64,000 nucleotides of DNA from Epiperipatus broadwayi (lineage: Eukaryota; Animalia; Onychophora), in the NCBI GenBank assembly GCA_028023455.1, contig JAQFVV010000004.1, positions 2,170,001 through 2,234,000 of the forward strand. Reading direction: 5' to 3'. The notes below the pieces were generated by a model. It saw only the letters and a list, made by a program, of their open reading frames with translations, was not told the origin of the DNA and made no database searches. Within the stretch, counting starts at the first letter, position 1, and the number at the start of each line of letters is the position of its first letter. Position numbers and translations under genes: made by a program. Below, piece by piece: positions 50,940 through 64,000 of this stretch.

Positions 50940-51372
50940 TATAATATATAGGGTATATGAGAACAGACTTTCACATGACCTAGCACCCTCCACTCTATCT
51001 CATAACACATATATTTGAACACATGTATATCAAAAAGATAAAAAATACACATATTTCATACTAAACTAGCAATCATCAGTTGGACCAGATTATCATCTCT
51101 ACATATATATGCAATAAGTGCTCAGATATATATTAAGATAGCCAATCTTCTTACTTTAATGGACAGGCTTTAATCCACTCCACACTCCAACTCTTCAACC
51201 ATCCATCCAATTGAAAATCTGATAATGGAACACTCTAAGGCCATACTGAGATTCTCATCACACCCATGTTAATGTAAAGTCAATCTGACCTCTCATGTAC
51301 AGGACATAATCCATTTAATACATATATGAGGGATGGGCAGACATCTCTACTATGTCCTGTATTTCAGTTATA
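50940..51372 (-). mobile_element. F1 hammerhead-containing insertion inside the RTE relic
   Basis: Homologous to 3878-4066. 11-bp flanking repeat AAATGTATTAA at 50929-50939 and 51373-51383. Confidence 0.75.
51040..51084 (-). ncRNA. degenerate hammerhead motif F1 (GAAA retained)
   Basis: UCCAA-CUGAUGA-UUGCU/aguuu/AGUAU-GAAA-UAUGUG-UA; the 3' strand of helix I is decayed. Confidence 0.6.
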
Positions 51373-52299
51373 AAATGTATTAAATAGATTTTCAAAAAAA
51401 AAAATCAATATATATGATTATAATATCTTGGACAAATTACTAATATAGTTATAAATACAATGAACAATCATCGTGAACTTTGTTTGAGTGATTTTGATGA
51501 AAAATTAATCAATTATATATATATAATTTTGATAAGAATTTTTTTTAATGTATTCTGTCAGTGCTTGCTTATTGGCAAGAAATTTAAATAGGAAAGAACA
51601 GGAAAAATCAATAAATATATATATACTAACAGAAAGAATACCAAAGAAAAGGAATTGGCTAAGAATACAAACAATTGACATTAAACAGATAAAATGGAGT
51701 TGGGAAGATTATGTTATGAGAATAAATTATTTTAAATGAATATGTAAACTTGTAAACAGAATTCAAAAGGTTATAAAACACCTTAAGGGAGTATCACATG
51801 TGAGATGAATAGTTAAAAAACTTTCTGGACTGATTTAAAGGAGTACAGAGCAAACTCTGGAAAATCTTAACTTATAGATCAGTAATGGTTGAAAATAATA
51901 ATGAAATATACTTACTCATTTCACTTATTTCATATATATTACACATTTTCTCATTAGGATATAATCTACACACCAAAATTTTAATCAATTCTTGGTTAAT
52001 GGCATTAGTCTTTATACAATTTGCATGTTAATTATGAATAAACAATGCGGATGCTGAGTCATAGAATTCATTCGAAAATAACGTCATGCAAAACAATAGC
52101 GTCACAAATAGTATGGCAGACAACCATAGCCATATGGTCATCTTTTCTCTCATCATATAAATATAGTTACCTCATTGACAAAATGTAGTATATATATTGA
52201 TAGTTCAGCTTTCATTAAAAAGGATCATTTTACAAATTGTGAGTCAGTAAAAAGTTTTTTGAATAAGCAATATACAAACTATATTCATCTTTTAGCAGC

Positions 52300-52900
52300 A
52301 AGTTAACATAATTATATATTTAAATAATATTACCTTGTGCTAACACCTTAAACATGCATAATAATCTGTGTGATCAAACACAGAATGGCAGTTTTGAGAG
52401 AGAAAGATTGAATCTCAGCAGTTGTGTGCCAGTGTGTGATCGAGTTATCCTTCATATCTAAACAAGTAACTATTGATTAGAAATTTATTTATGTATCGAT
52501 AGTAATTTTTTAAAATGTATGAATTAATTTTTTTTTAAATGTAAACTATTAATAACAAGAATATATTTAAAATAAATGTAAAAATTAACTTATTTAAAGT
52601 CGTGTATTATTAAACCAATTATTTCGATACTATTGGTTACAGCCATTCACTTTCGAGCAAAACTTATAATCAACTGTCATGAATGAAAACTTACAGTATT
52701 AACGTTAGGTCAAAACATGAACTTGGATTGCAGATTTCATAAATCAATTCTTAATGAGAGATTATTTCAAGGCCGTGGAATGGAAGTCGTAATAAATGGT
52801 GTAGGGCGGAGACCATGCCATTTTCTAATTTTATCAAAGAATGGGTCAAGCTGAGCAGCAGCTGGTTAAAAAAAGGGAGAAAAATCATCAGTAAGCTTTT
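52300..52900. promoter_or_regulatory. CpG-retaining, promoter-like island (tentative)
   Basis: TATCGATA (DRE-like) at 52494-52501, GGGCGG at 52804-52809, 5'UTR-like GA/GT-rich stretch at 52380-52465. Confidence 0.25.
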
Positions 52901-53566
52901 ACAAACAAGTGCGTGATAACAGAATTATTTAGGAGAAATCACATGAAGCCGAGATTGTTAAAGTATTAGTCTGAAAATTGTAGTTTGTCTTCTTCATCAA
53001 GCTGTATGATCATCAGTTTAGCATCAGTCATCTACTTCTATTACCACCGACCAAAAAGCTTCTCTTTCCATCAATATATTGACGAAGTTACAAAATCTTC
53101 ATTTTCACACAAAGAATAAATTAGTTATATATATATTACTAAAAATTTATTTGATGGTTAAGAAAAAATTGAATTTATTATCAAAACAGATAAAAATATG
53201 ATTTTTTAAAAAAAAATAATTATGAAAACGAACAACATAAAAACTCTAATCTATCTGCTATATAATCTAACTGCTACGCAATTACTTTATGCATGTACAT
53301 ACTAATAAATTTAAAGCCTTGGGTAGTTTGGTGCAGCGGTAAAGAGGAAGATGCTGGAGTTAAATCTTCATGAATTGTGGTCCGCTTCTGTTCTTCCAGT
53401 GCTTAAATTTTATATTAATTCCCGAGCAGTAAACCATTTGATTATCTATTTAATACATTTAAATTATACACATATATATATTGATGTCAAAAAGAGTGGG
53501 TCAAATGTTACTAATATCGTTAATCTGTTCCACTCTATATAACATATAAATATATGTGTGTGTATA

Positions 53567-53854
53567 ATTTAGATTACAGATAGTTATTGATTTACTTATT
53601 TAATGCGTTTATATTAAATCAATATAACATTCGATCATTACGCTAATAATCGATATTTTCCTATTTTTATTAAATGAAAAATAACTCTTGATTCAGTCTC
53701 CATAGGAGCATGATTTAGATTACAGATAGTTATTGATTTACTTATTTAATGCGTTTATAATATGTATTAAATCAATATACCATTTGATCATTGCACTAAT
53801 AATCGATATTTTCCTATTTTGATTAAATGAGAAATAACTCTCGTAGGAGCATGA
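53567..53854. repeat. 146-bp tandem duplication
   Basis: ATTTAGATTACAGATAG at 53567 and 53713. Confidence 0.95.
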
Positions 53855-54484
53855 TACTTTCTTCATCAGTTGGTAAAGACTGCATCATGCAATAATGTAA
53901 TTCCAATTGTGTATTTAGTACATAATATTCTTTGGACTAGCCCAGATTAACACAGGACCCTTTCATCTAGACAGAAAAAAGGCAAATGCCCATTAACCAT
54001 TACAGAATGATTAGCTAGATTGACTAACTCCAAAAGATGGGCGTGGTAGATAGATGACATGTCACCATATTGTAATTCAAATATCATTTTAAGCACAAAC
54101 TGTATATCAATCATTTTCTAACACTGAAATAACTTCTTTAAATATGGAATGATCAAAAACGTTTTTGTACATAAATTGTTTTATATAGTTAAATACTTCA
54201 CTCCATCAACACGTTCTTGAAAACATGAATTAAGGACATCTCAAAAAATAAATAACCCCAAAGATGTGCCTTTCTTACTAAACCAGGACTCATAAGGTGG
54301 ATCGGATCTTAATCTCTTAATATATGTTTATAATTTGTTAAGTATTTATCAATACCAAATTATTACATGTGGATTTTCAAAATATATACTTTCTGAACTC
54401 ACAATTTTGACTCCAGCCACTCAAACAAATACTGATTAAGATTATCTCTAGCCCAGATATGAACTTTAAATATTAGTTAAAGAT

Positions 54485-54569
54485 TAATGTTTTTTGATTA
54501 TATATATATATATAAGCATGTTCAGTAATGTTTTTTGATTATATATATATATATAAGCATGTTCAGTAA
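54485..54569. repeat. perfect 41-bp tandem duplication containing (TA)n
   Basis: Unit starts at 54485 and 54526. Confidence 0.95.
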
Positions 54570-54703
54570 CCCATCTTGGTTTTTTTTTCTACACAGAGGC
54601 TAAACTCTCCATACAGTAATGCCCCCAGTGCAAGCCAGATTAATCAATGGATGCAAGAAGGGTTGTACATAAAATACCTACCTAGTGCCTATTCATCCAA
54701 TAT

Positions 54704-54743
54704 CCCCAGACTAGTTTTTAGCTTGTGACCTTCATCAGTGTGG
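54704..54743 (-). ncRNA. degenerate hammerhead motif F2
   Basis: CCACA-CUGAUGA-AGGU/cacaa/GCUA-AAAAC-ua-GUC-UGGGG. Confidence 0.65.
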
Positions 54744-55315
54744 AGCCTTGGATCTGAGAGCACTGCACCTAGATCTTAGGATCTAATGAAACTCTCCAGC
54801 AGCCATATTTTACCTTATTCTCTAACTATAAAGCTTTGAGTCCAAAATGAAAACACAATTATGTTTTCAATTCAAGCTCATTAGCTTGTATAGTTGTATA
54901 AATCTGAACTCAGTTCAGAATCCATACTTTTTGGTGTACTTAGTTCTTTAATAATCATAGCCACCATAATTCTATTGGGCAGGATTGGTTTTAAACCATT
55001 TAACATCACATGATCATCATTTCTTATACTTACACAAGCTGCTTACCCAAGCTGCTTACACAGAAGCTAAACTCTCTAAACAGTAGTGACTATGGTGACT
55101 GTGGTTATGAAAGAACCAAAGACACCAAAAAGTATGGATGGTGAACTGAGTTCAGATTTATACAACTGTACAAACTAATGAGCTTGAATTGAAAACATTA
55201 TTGTGTTTTTATTTTAGACTTAAAGCTTTGTAGTTAGCTAATAAGATAAAAGATTACTGCTGAAAGGTTGCATTAGATCCTAATATCTAGATGCAGTACT
55301 CTCAGATCCAAGGCT

Positions 55316-55355
55316 CCTCATTGATGAAAACCACAAGCCAGATACTAGTCAGGGG
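55316..55355 (+). ncRNA. degenerate hammerhead motif F2
   Basis: CCUCA-UUGAUGA-AAAC/cacaa/GCCA-GAUAC-ua-GUC-AGGGG. Confidence 0.6.
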
Positions 55356-56144
55356 ATATTGGATGAGTAGGCACTAGATAGGAATTTTATGCACGAACCT
55401 TCTTTAATCCATTGATTACTCTGTCTTGCACTGAGTGGCACTACTGTATGGAGAGTTTAGCTGCTGTGTAAATAGCTTGTGTAAGCATAAGAAATGGTGA
55501 TCATGTGATATTTAATAGTTTTTCTTTTTTTAGATGTAATATTTTTTTTAGATATATTAAATCTTCCACTATATCTCATATTCTTAAAACACAAGAATAA
55601 AGAAATAAAGTAAATAAAATCATCTTAAACAACACATTTTGTGCTGAACTATCGTTTTTAGGCATCTTTCTTCATATATTATCAAAAATGTGTGATAGAA
55701 GGGAGATTTAAGTATATCTTTAAAAAATATTACACATCGAAAAAGAAAAATGAAATTGAGTTATTCCATGTAAATAGATATAATTAAAAAAGTAAATATA
55801 TATTTATATTTAACTGTTGTTTAAAATTTATATTTGGTCTAGAGATAATGTCTAGTTTAATATATAATTAGTAATCATTATTAATGTATTTATCAGAAAT
55901 GATTGGTGTCAAATATGTGAGTGCATAAAGTTTGTTGATTATAAATCAAATTATAATAAGTGAGTAAAGAGAAATTCTAAACTAATGACTACACGTATAT
56001 GAGATTAAGATCTTGACAACTGCTTCAAGCTTTTTCAGCATTATAAGCATATAATGGGAGTCATTTGTCTTTTCATATGCCTTTCTTCATATGTATCAAG
56101 AATTTGTGATGGAGTGGAGGTTTTATTAAAACTTAAAAAGATAT

Positions 56145-56267
56145 ATATATATATAAAATAGTTACTTTCTGTCTATCTCTCTCTCTTTATCGCTCTCTCT
56201 CTCTATATATATATATGTCTATCTCTCTCTCTTTATCGCTCTCTCTCTCTATATATATATATATATA
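56145..56267. repeat. (TA)n plus a duplicated 47-bp (CT)/(TA) compound unit
   Basis: TGTCTATCTCTCTCTCTTTATCGC occurs twice. Confidence 0.9.
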
Positions 56268-56269
56268 AA

Positions 56270-57115
<846 letters not shown>

Positions 57116-57163
57116 CATTGGAATTTTCTTAGTGATGACTGGCATTTAATAATATATAATAAT

Positions 57164-57169
<6 letters not shown>

Positions 57170-57213
<44 letters not shown>
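57170..57213. repeat. (TA)n microsatellite
   Basis: Read directly from the sequence. Confidence 0.95.
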
Positions 57214-57215
<2 letters not shown>

Positions 57216-57945
57216 GATATTTCCATACTCTTCCATTCTAGAAATTAATGTAAAATAATGCTTATACAGAGTTAAATATAAAATTTTAATAATATAATTG
57301 TACTAAATATACTTTTGACATTTTCACATTATATTCATGGTCAATCTGCTGACAACATTATTTTTTAGCTGATTTGAATACTATTATTTTTTTTATTCAT
57401 TGCATATTGATTTTGTGTACTGAACTATAATTCTTTTATTTTGCATATACAACTCTAACAGTACTCAGATCGCAGCTATGGCCATGTTCTCTCTCATGAT
57501 TGAGAAAGATGGATGAATTAAATGCTTCAGACTTAGAACTATAATGACTCAACACTCATTAATGTATAAGAAATCTAAGATTAAGCCTGAAATATAGGTC
57601 AATAAAGGGTTTTTTCTAAAATGTATTCTAAGTAGTGGTTAAATTGTATTTATTGAAGATATTACAGCAAAATAAAGGAAGTGATTGTTGGTCAACACAC
57701 TTAGACTTGTCTTTAAATAACTTATTATATACAGAAATAAATATATAAGCATTCTATATAATGTAACTGTATGGGTTTCATGCATACAACAATATAGTAA
57801 TGTGTGTGCATATATATATAAAGTTGAAAGCAAAAGTAGAAATGAACACAATCAATTTTTTTTTATAGATATTTTTTACATTCCACTGGAATAATAGTGA
57901 GGGGTGAAATAATGTTGAATTTTAAAATAAAATTTTATTAACATT

Positions 57946-58083
57946 TTAAAAGGTTTAAATAAATATTTTTATTGAATTCTGATTTTGAAATTAAAACAAG
58001 CATGTTTTATGTTAAAAGGTTTAAATAAATATTTTTATTGAATTCTGATTTTGAAATTAAAACAAGCATGTTTTATGTTAAAA
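57946..58083. repeat. perfect 66-bp tandem duplication
   Basis: TTAAAAGGTTTAAATAAAT at 57946 and 58012. Confidence 0.95.
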
Positions 58084-58148
58084 TAGATCTACTGATAATT
58101 GTAAACATTCCCATATCTATTTTAGAAACCTTTTTTTTAAATTAAAAT

Positions 58149-60150
58149 TTGTTAAGCCAAATGATTGACAAAGAATTAACATTACAAGATCCCTTTGGAC
58201 ATATAAATAAAAATGCAAAGCCTCACTCACTTTCCGACAACTTTACATTGTCACAACAAAGTAAACAAAAAAATATAAACTCATTTTCCAATACGATAAA
58301 CCATGATCGAAGTTACAGTCAAGCACTAAATGTACAAAAACCTTATTTACTAGAATTCTCCAGTCTTACACCCAATTCTGACATAGAAAGTTTACAGTTC
58401 TGTAATAACACAATGTTAAATCATAATTAAGTTTTAATAGTCAATTACAAAATACATTAAGTCCAACAATTCAGGCAATTAATCAATCATATGCAACAGC
58501 ACTTAGCAAAAACAAAACTAAAACTACAAGTATAATAACAGGTAAATCTATCACACAATCAAACATCCTCGATTTTATGGGATACGAATATTTCAACAAT
58601 AATGAACATAGACCTCTAGAAATTTCCACAAAACTCACAAACCTCCATGAATAATTATCATGAGATAAGCCAGGAATTCAATTCCAAAATACCTCCACTT
58701 TTGTTCAACTCTTTCTTACATTACCATAGTGATCTTACTTTGATATTAACCACTTCTAATGATTACTGCAACTTGTTCACATTCCCCACAGATGACTTTT
58801 TTGAGCTCATCAAAAATCAACAATTAACTGATTCAGTAAAGAGAATATATCACCATCTGAACAAAAGATATTTAGTAATAGAGTTTTACAATATATTACA
58901 AAAAGAACAAATTTAAAAGAAACCAACTTTACCTCAAAAATAGATATCTCATAAAGATAGACATGAACAAACCCAGAATTATTTTCATGGATTAGCATGA
59001 AATTGCTATTTAAATTTTAATCAAAATGACCTCCAACAACTTCTTGCTAAATTTGAAAACATCACAAATTTCAAATTCATAACAGAAAAGAGAGCAGGCA
59101 TTGAACTGCCCTCAAACAGCACAGCCTTCTAGTTTAAACTAAACCCAGATTATTCTCCACTAGACATTCCAGTTACACTAGATGAGGCAAAACTTCCAAT
59201 TTTCATCTCAATTCAAGGTGTGCAGCCTCAGTGTTTCAGCTGTGGGGAAGTTACTCACCTTCTAATGGCATGTCTAAAAGGAACATGCGCTCACTGCAAT
59301 TTAAAGATGTCCAGAAATCATAAATGTCCACCAAAAATGTTAAACCCTCAGTTCACTTCAATTCAACAGACAACTAATTCAAGTGATAATGAAAAAAATC
59401 AAGTCAATGAAGACAGTATTGAAATCTTGCAAACATTAACAGATGCCATAACTCAAGAGAAAACAAAATAAGGCTGTGTGAACAGTATTACATTACAACA
59501 TATACACACAGCTTCCGAAAACCATTCAACAACTGGATCAAAACAGTGAATAACACAGACACATCAAGTACAACAAACAATAATTAAGCAACAAATACCA
59601 ATACAATCATCTCTACAAACTAATCTGAAAGGTCAAAAATACTGAATAACAAAAGGAAAACACAAGATTCTTCTGAATCGCAGCATGAAGAAACAACCAA
59701 CTCAACTGCAGAATCTGATCTTGATATCAACTATCTCAAAACTCTTCAAACAAAGCATCCAAAGATAGAAGTAGGCAAGAAAAGAAAAGAAAAAAAAGAA
59801 ATGTCTCAGAGCAGCTCAACAGAGAATCTATCTACAGATTCACTAAGTACTGCATCTCAAAAAGACAAAATGGTCAACTCAAATACAAATACTCAAAACA
59901 AAGCACTAGATCAAGGTCAAACAAAAACAACAGTATCAAATTGCTTGACAGAGAACCAATCTACAAATTCACTAAGTACAGCATCTCAAAAAGATAACAT
60001 GGTTAACTCAAATACAAATTCTCAAAACAAAAGCACTAGATGAAGGTCAAACAATAACAGCAGTAACAAATTGGGATAATCTGACTCAAACAGCACAAGT
60101 ACTTGAGGATCAACTAATCTCATTGGATTATGAGTTCTCAGAAGAATAAA
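58149..60150 (+). pseudogene. L1-type ORF1 (gag-like) pseudogene
   Basis: CFSCGEVTHLLMAC (CX2CX4HX4C) in ORF 59220-59471. SYSQAL/SYATAL N-terminal motifs. Two 129-bp (43-codon) S/T/N-rich repeats at 59819 and 59948. Confidence 0.8.
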
Positions 60151-60180
60151 GCAATCTCCACACCTATACAGAATCAAACA

Positions 60181-63100
60181 ATGCATTTAAAAATTGCTGG
60201 AATTAATGTGAGGGGATCAATTCACTGAATCGGGTACATGCAATCAAAAACTGGTTGAACAAATCAAACTTACACATTGTATGTTTCTCTGAGACCAAGT
60301 TACATTTTCAGTCCAATATTAAAATTCAGCAATTAATGCAGCAACATGGATATTTCCATTACCTACCCTCGAATACTGCTTCTTCTGGAGTGGCTTTCCT
60401 AATCAATAAAAATCTGAAACACCAGCAACTAAGAACTCTTCACATTAGCAAAGAACTTCTATTTATTAACATTACCATTAATAATAACCCCATATAACAT
60501 AATTTACCTTTTTATCTCAAAAATGATACTAATCTAATTCATTCAATGATTAATAAAACAACATACTGCTTTCATCCAATAATTCACTCTCAATCTGCTT
60601 TGAGGATTTTAACATGACCTATCATCAGTTTACTAACAAATATCTTCATTTATTCAACAAAGTTATGCTATGTGGAGAAGGTTTCTTTCCTCCTCAATCA
60701 TTCTCATTTTATACACAACACAAGCAATCACTAATTGATCTTCTGTTTTATTCCCCCAAACTTCATTATAACCTGCATGCCAAGGTGCAATTAGTGCCTT
60801 TCTCAGACCACATTGCTATAAAAATCTCACTACAACTAGACACCAACATGATAAGTCTTTCAGATAACACAAAAACTATAAGACTTTTGAACAAAGCCAC
60901 AACACCAGAATGGTTATTCTCAGAAGCATATATTCTTCTAAATAAAATACAAGTACTCACTTTACCACCTGTGCAAGCATGGTCTGCTTTCGTAGGAATC
61001 TTGAGCACCCTCATTAACTTTCACACAAAAAGATCTAAGGGACCAAATCAACTTCTAAAAGAACTTATTCAATTAGTAATAGGCTAAGTTCACTACCCCT
61101 CTCAAGTACCAAAATTCAAGAAATACTAGAATTAAAAACTCAATATCATGAAAAACAAAAAGCTCTAGCTCAATACATTGCTACAAAGAGATCCAAAATC
61201 TTTTTGGCAAATAGTCATAACTGGACTAGAAGCTACATTCAATGGGCACTTGGATCATCTGCTAGACCAACACTGTCTACAATTATCATTAACAGAAAGT
61301 GCTATAGTAGACCAGAAATGTTGGAGAGAATTCACTTTCATTTCAAAACAAAGTTGCAAAACAATACTTTTCAAACAGGAAACATTTGGAATCATACCAC
61401 AGCCAATCACAACATGAATGAAGCCCAAATATTGCAAAAGCTACAGGCATTTTCTGAAAGCACTCATCTGGGCCTTCACACAATCCCGAAATTTGTACTA
61501 TTACACCTTAGTCACTACACAATCCCCATAATCAAAAACTTGATGTGCTGGCTGATGACTTTCAGAACATTCCATATTTGTACCCAGTGGCACTGGCCCC
61601 TTTTCTTAAAAAACAAGAAAATCCATCTAGTCTTAACAATATATGACCTATTTCCATGATTCCATTGCTAATTAAGACAATTGAATCCTTAGTTAAGGAC
61701 CAGATACAACCCCAACTGTACTCACATATTTCATCTTTTCAATTTGCCTGAAAAGGATCATCAACCATTGATGCAGTTCAGCACTTTTTTTTACTAACTG
61801 AACATGTCAGACAAACCAATAAGTCAAGGCCACTGGTCATACAACTGGACTTCTCTTCAGCATTTGACTCAGTAATACCATCCATACTGTTCCAGATGAT
61901 GTGGGAATATCAGGTGCCCGACATGTACATCAGAATAATAGCAAACCTTTTACTAAATTGTTCCATATTTACTTCTTTAGATGGAAGGTTGTCTACAGGT
62001 TTTAGATCTCACATCTCGATTCCACAGGGTTTTCCCCTAGCATCACTATGTTTTATAACTTACATCAACTCCATGCTCAAGGACATAGAGAATATCTTGC
62101 CAGGCATTTATGTTCCCACCATCAAAAAGCAAATCAACCACATCTCCTATGTGGACAATGTTACCAGTTTTTCTTCCCAGTGAAGCTCATCTTCCAACAC
62201 TCTTCACAATTATTGACAAGCATGCCAAAATATTAAACCTCTAAATTAACAATAGCAAATCTTCCATCTGGAGAATTAAAACAGGAACAACAATTTCATC
62301 CAGATTCACAGCCAAGCCACAGCTTTTTTTAGGATTCCCCATGGCAACAACAAAAACTATCATGACTAGAGAAATTCAAAATTCAATCCTTCAAAAAACC
62401 AATAAAACAATCAAAACTCTCTCTAGTATTTCACTTTCAATTCCTGGTAAAATCACATTCCTTAACATGCTAGTGTTTTGAAGACTCAATTACTATCTAC
62501 CAATCATCAAGCCTACTAAAATCTTCGGTAAACAAATGGGCTCATTATGTACTAAGCTATTGTGGAAAAGGAAGGCTGTGGCCATAAGCTTGGCAAAGGC
62601 CCAAATGCCTAGAGAACTGAACGGTCTTGGTCTACACTCGGTTGCTACATTATACTTGCAAAAATCACTAAATCTGCTACACAACCATTCACTGGAAATG
62701 GACTATACAAATTTAATCCAAGAAATTCAACCTACTGATACATGACCTTCCCATAGTAAAGGATGGTTGCCTGACATCTGGACACATGTCAATGGCTGGA
62801 TTAACTTAACTCCAAACATATTCAATGGAAAAAGTCCTACTGGGAAACTTATAGGCTAAAGAAAGATTGTCCCTCAGCTCTCCATAATGCTCTTGGATTA
62901 AACAACAAATTATTGATCAAAAAAGCTAAACATTGTTCTGGAACCCAAATTTATTGATTTTCTTCTGAAATTAAACCTCTCATCTCTACCCACTAATCAG
63001 TTCCTCATAATGAGGAGGGGTTTTAACAAAATTAGCTCTCAATCTCAACTCTGTCAGAGGGATGAGGAAACAATGCAACACATTTTCCTAGATTGTCCAT

Positions 63101-63393
63101 CACTCAACATTCTTGGGTCTTTCATTGATGAAAAGGTAAAATACTATTCTACAGACACATTCTTAATCCAGCAAGCAATTAAAGCTGGCAATTTTGCTAA
63201 CATTAGATTAGCAATTTTCCTATCCTTCACCATTTGGCTAATGAGATGCAGTTTTGTTTTGGGCAATGCGAACACCAGTACCCTTCAAGTATTTAAAACA
63301 CCCATCAAGGGTAATATCATCAGAGATAAAATGCTTGCTCCAGATTGGCTGTATCAACAAACCTGGGCCAGCAGCTCTATGCTAGTGCACTGA
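60181..63393 (+). pseudogene. L1-type ORF2 (APE, RT, zf-RVT) pseudogene
   Basis: MHLKIAGINVRG, IVCFSETK, SDH (APE); LDFSSAFDSV, IPQGFPLASLCF, SYVDN at 62145-62159 (YADD with D to N); CQRDEETMQHIFLDC. Multiple stops and frameshifts. Confidence 0.92.
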
Positions 63394-64000
63394 TTATTAC
63401 AAAGATATCAATAATCAAATATGAGGCTTGCCTCATCAATGCAATACCAAAATGAGCTCATTCATATATATGGGAACTCTACCATACTATCTAAAGACTA
63501 TCAATTAGTGGATTGATCACACCATCTACCTCAACAATAAAAGTTAACAAATTTAAGCATGAACTGAATGGCTTAACTTATAAGAAAGTGACGGACAGAT
63601 CTTGGGATGCTTGGGCTCAGACTGACAGATTGGGAGTGAATCAATGACCTTGTCAGTGTTCTCCCAGTCCACTTAGCCTCTGCTTCACATCTTGACATTA
63701 AACCTATACTCATTATAAATTTGAACATGCCTTTCAATGCTCAATGAGGCATACATAATTGTTCAACTGGGACAAAGTATGGACCAATCTAGAATACTAC
63801 TGAAGTGTTGATCCAACATTCATGTATATATCCACTTCTCATTTGGCTATGGAAATTGCTTGGCATTCATGTAATCATCATTGCATAAAATTGTATAAAT
63901 CATTTAAATAAATCATTATTTTTTTTAAAAAAAAAATTGTATAACCCTGTTGGTAAAATGTCTATTATCTATTCTAGAAATCTTTTTTTAAAGTAAGGCT

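Larger units (their letters stand above)
48900..51900 (+). mobile_element. decayed RTE-clade LINE
   Basis: DIFSLCEVRRKDKEIIDLKSG at about 49235, FVDYK at about 50440, KWSWEDYVMR at about 51692. 5' region resembles 6360-6440. Confidence 0.8.
54590..55512. mobile_element. large F2 hammerhead inverted-repeat element
   Basis: Arms of about 380 bp at 54590-54968 and 55091-55470. The spacer holds an extra antisense copy (55005-55090) of the 3' terminus (55437-55510). Confidence 0.9.
58100..63937 (+). mobile_element. near full-length, inactivated L1/Tx1-clade LINE
   Basis: ORF1 with CCHC knuckle, ORF2 with APE-RT-zinc module, AATAAA at about 63907 and A-rich tail at 63927-63937. Confidence 0.9.

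Noticed and set aside
53320-53400. tRNA/SINE-like head GGGTAGTTTGGTGCAGCGGT
   Set aside because: A-box only; the B-box is unconvincing, with no cloverleaf and no second copy.

Overview
This is very AT-rich eukaryotic (probably invertebrate) DNA, about 25% GC by eye. I found no intact host protein-coding gene; the ORF-track entries are short chance ORFs, microsatellite translations or transposon fragments. The window is a graveyard of decayed elements: a Buster/SPIN-type hAT, five RTE LINE relics, a Penelope (RT + GIY-YIG) relic, several L1/Tx1-like LINEs (one near full length), a CR1/L2-like 3' end, Gypsy fragments, three tRNA-Gly-derived mini-SINEs, and micro/minisatellites. The standout signal is a set of small non-coding insertions carrying minimal type-I hammerhead ribozyme (HHR) motifs. 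There are at least four families (my labels F1-F4), each with a different palindromic helix III. Most copies are fold-back (inverted) rearrangements, and four have 11-15 bp TSDs. F3 is a young tandem element with two identical HHRs 399 nt apart in a (TA)n tract, the architecture of a retrozyme or mini-Penelope that could release a circularisable 399-nt RNA. All alignments, translations and folds were done by eye. Boundaries of decayed elements are approximate, and ribozyme activity is untested.
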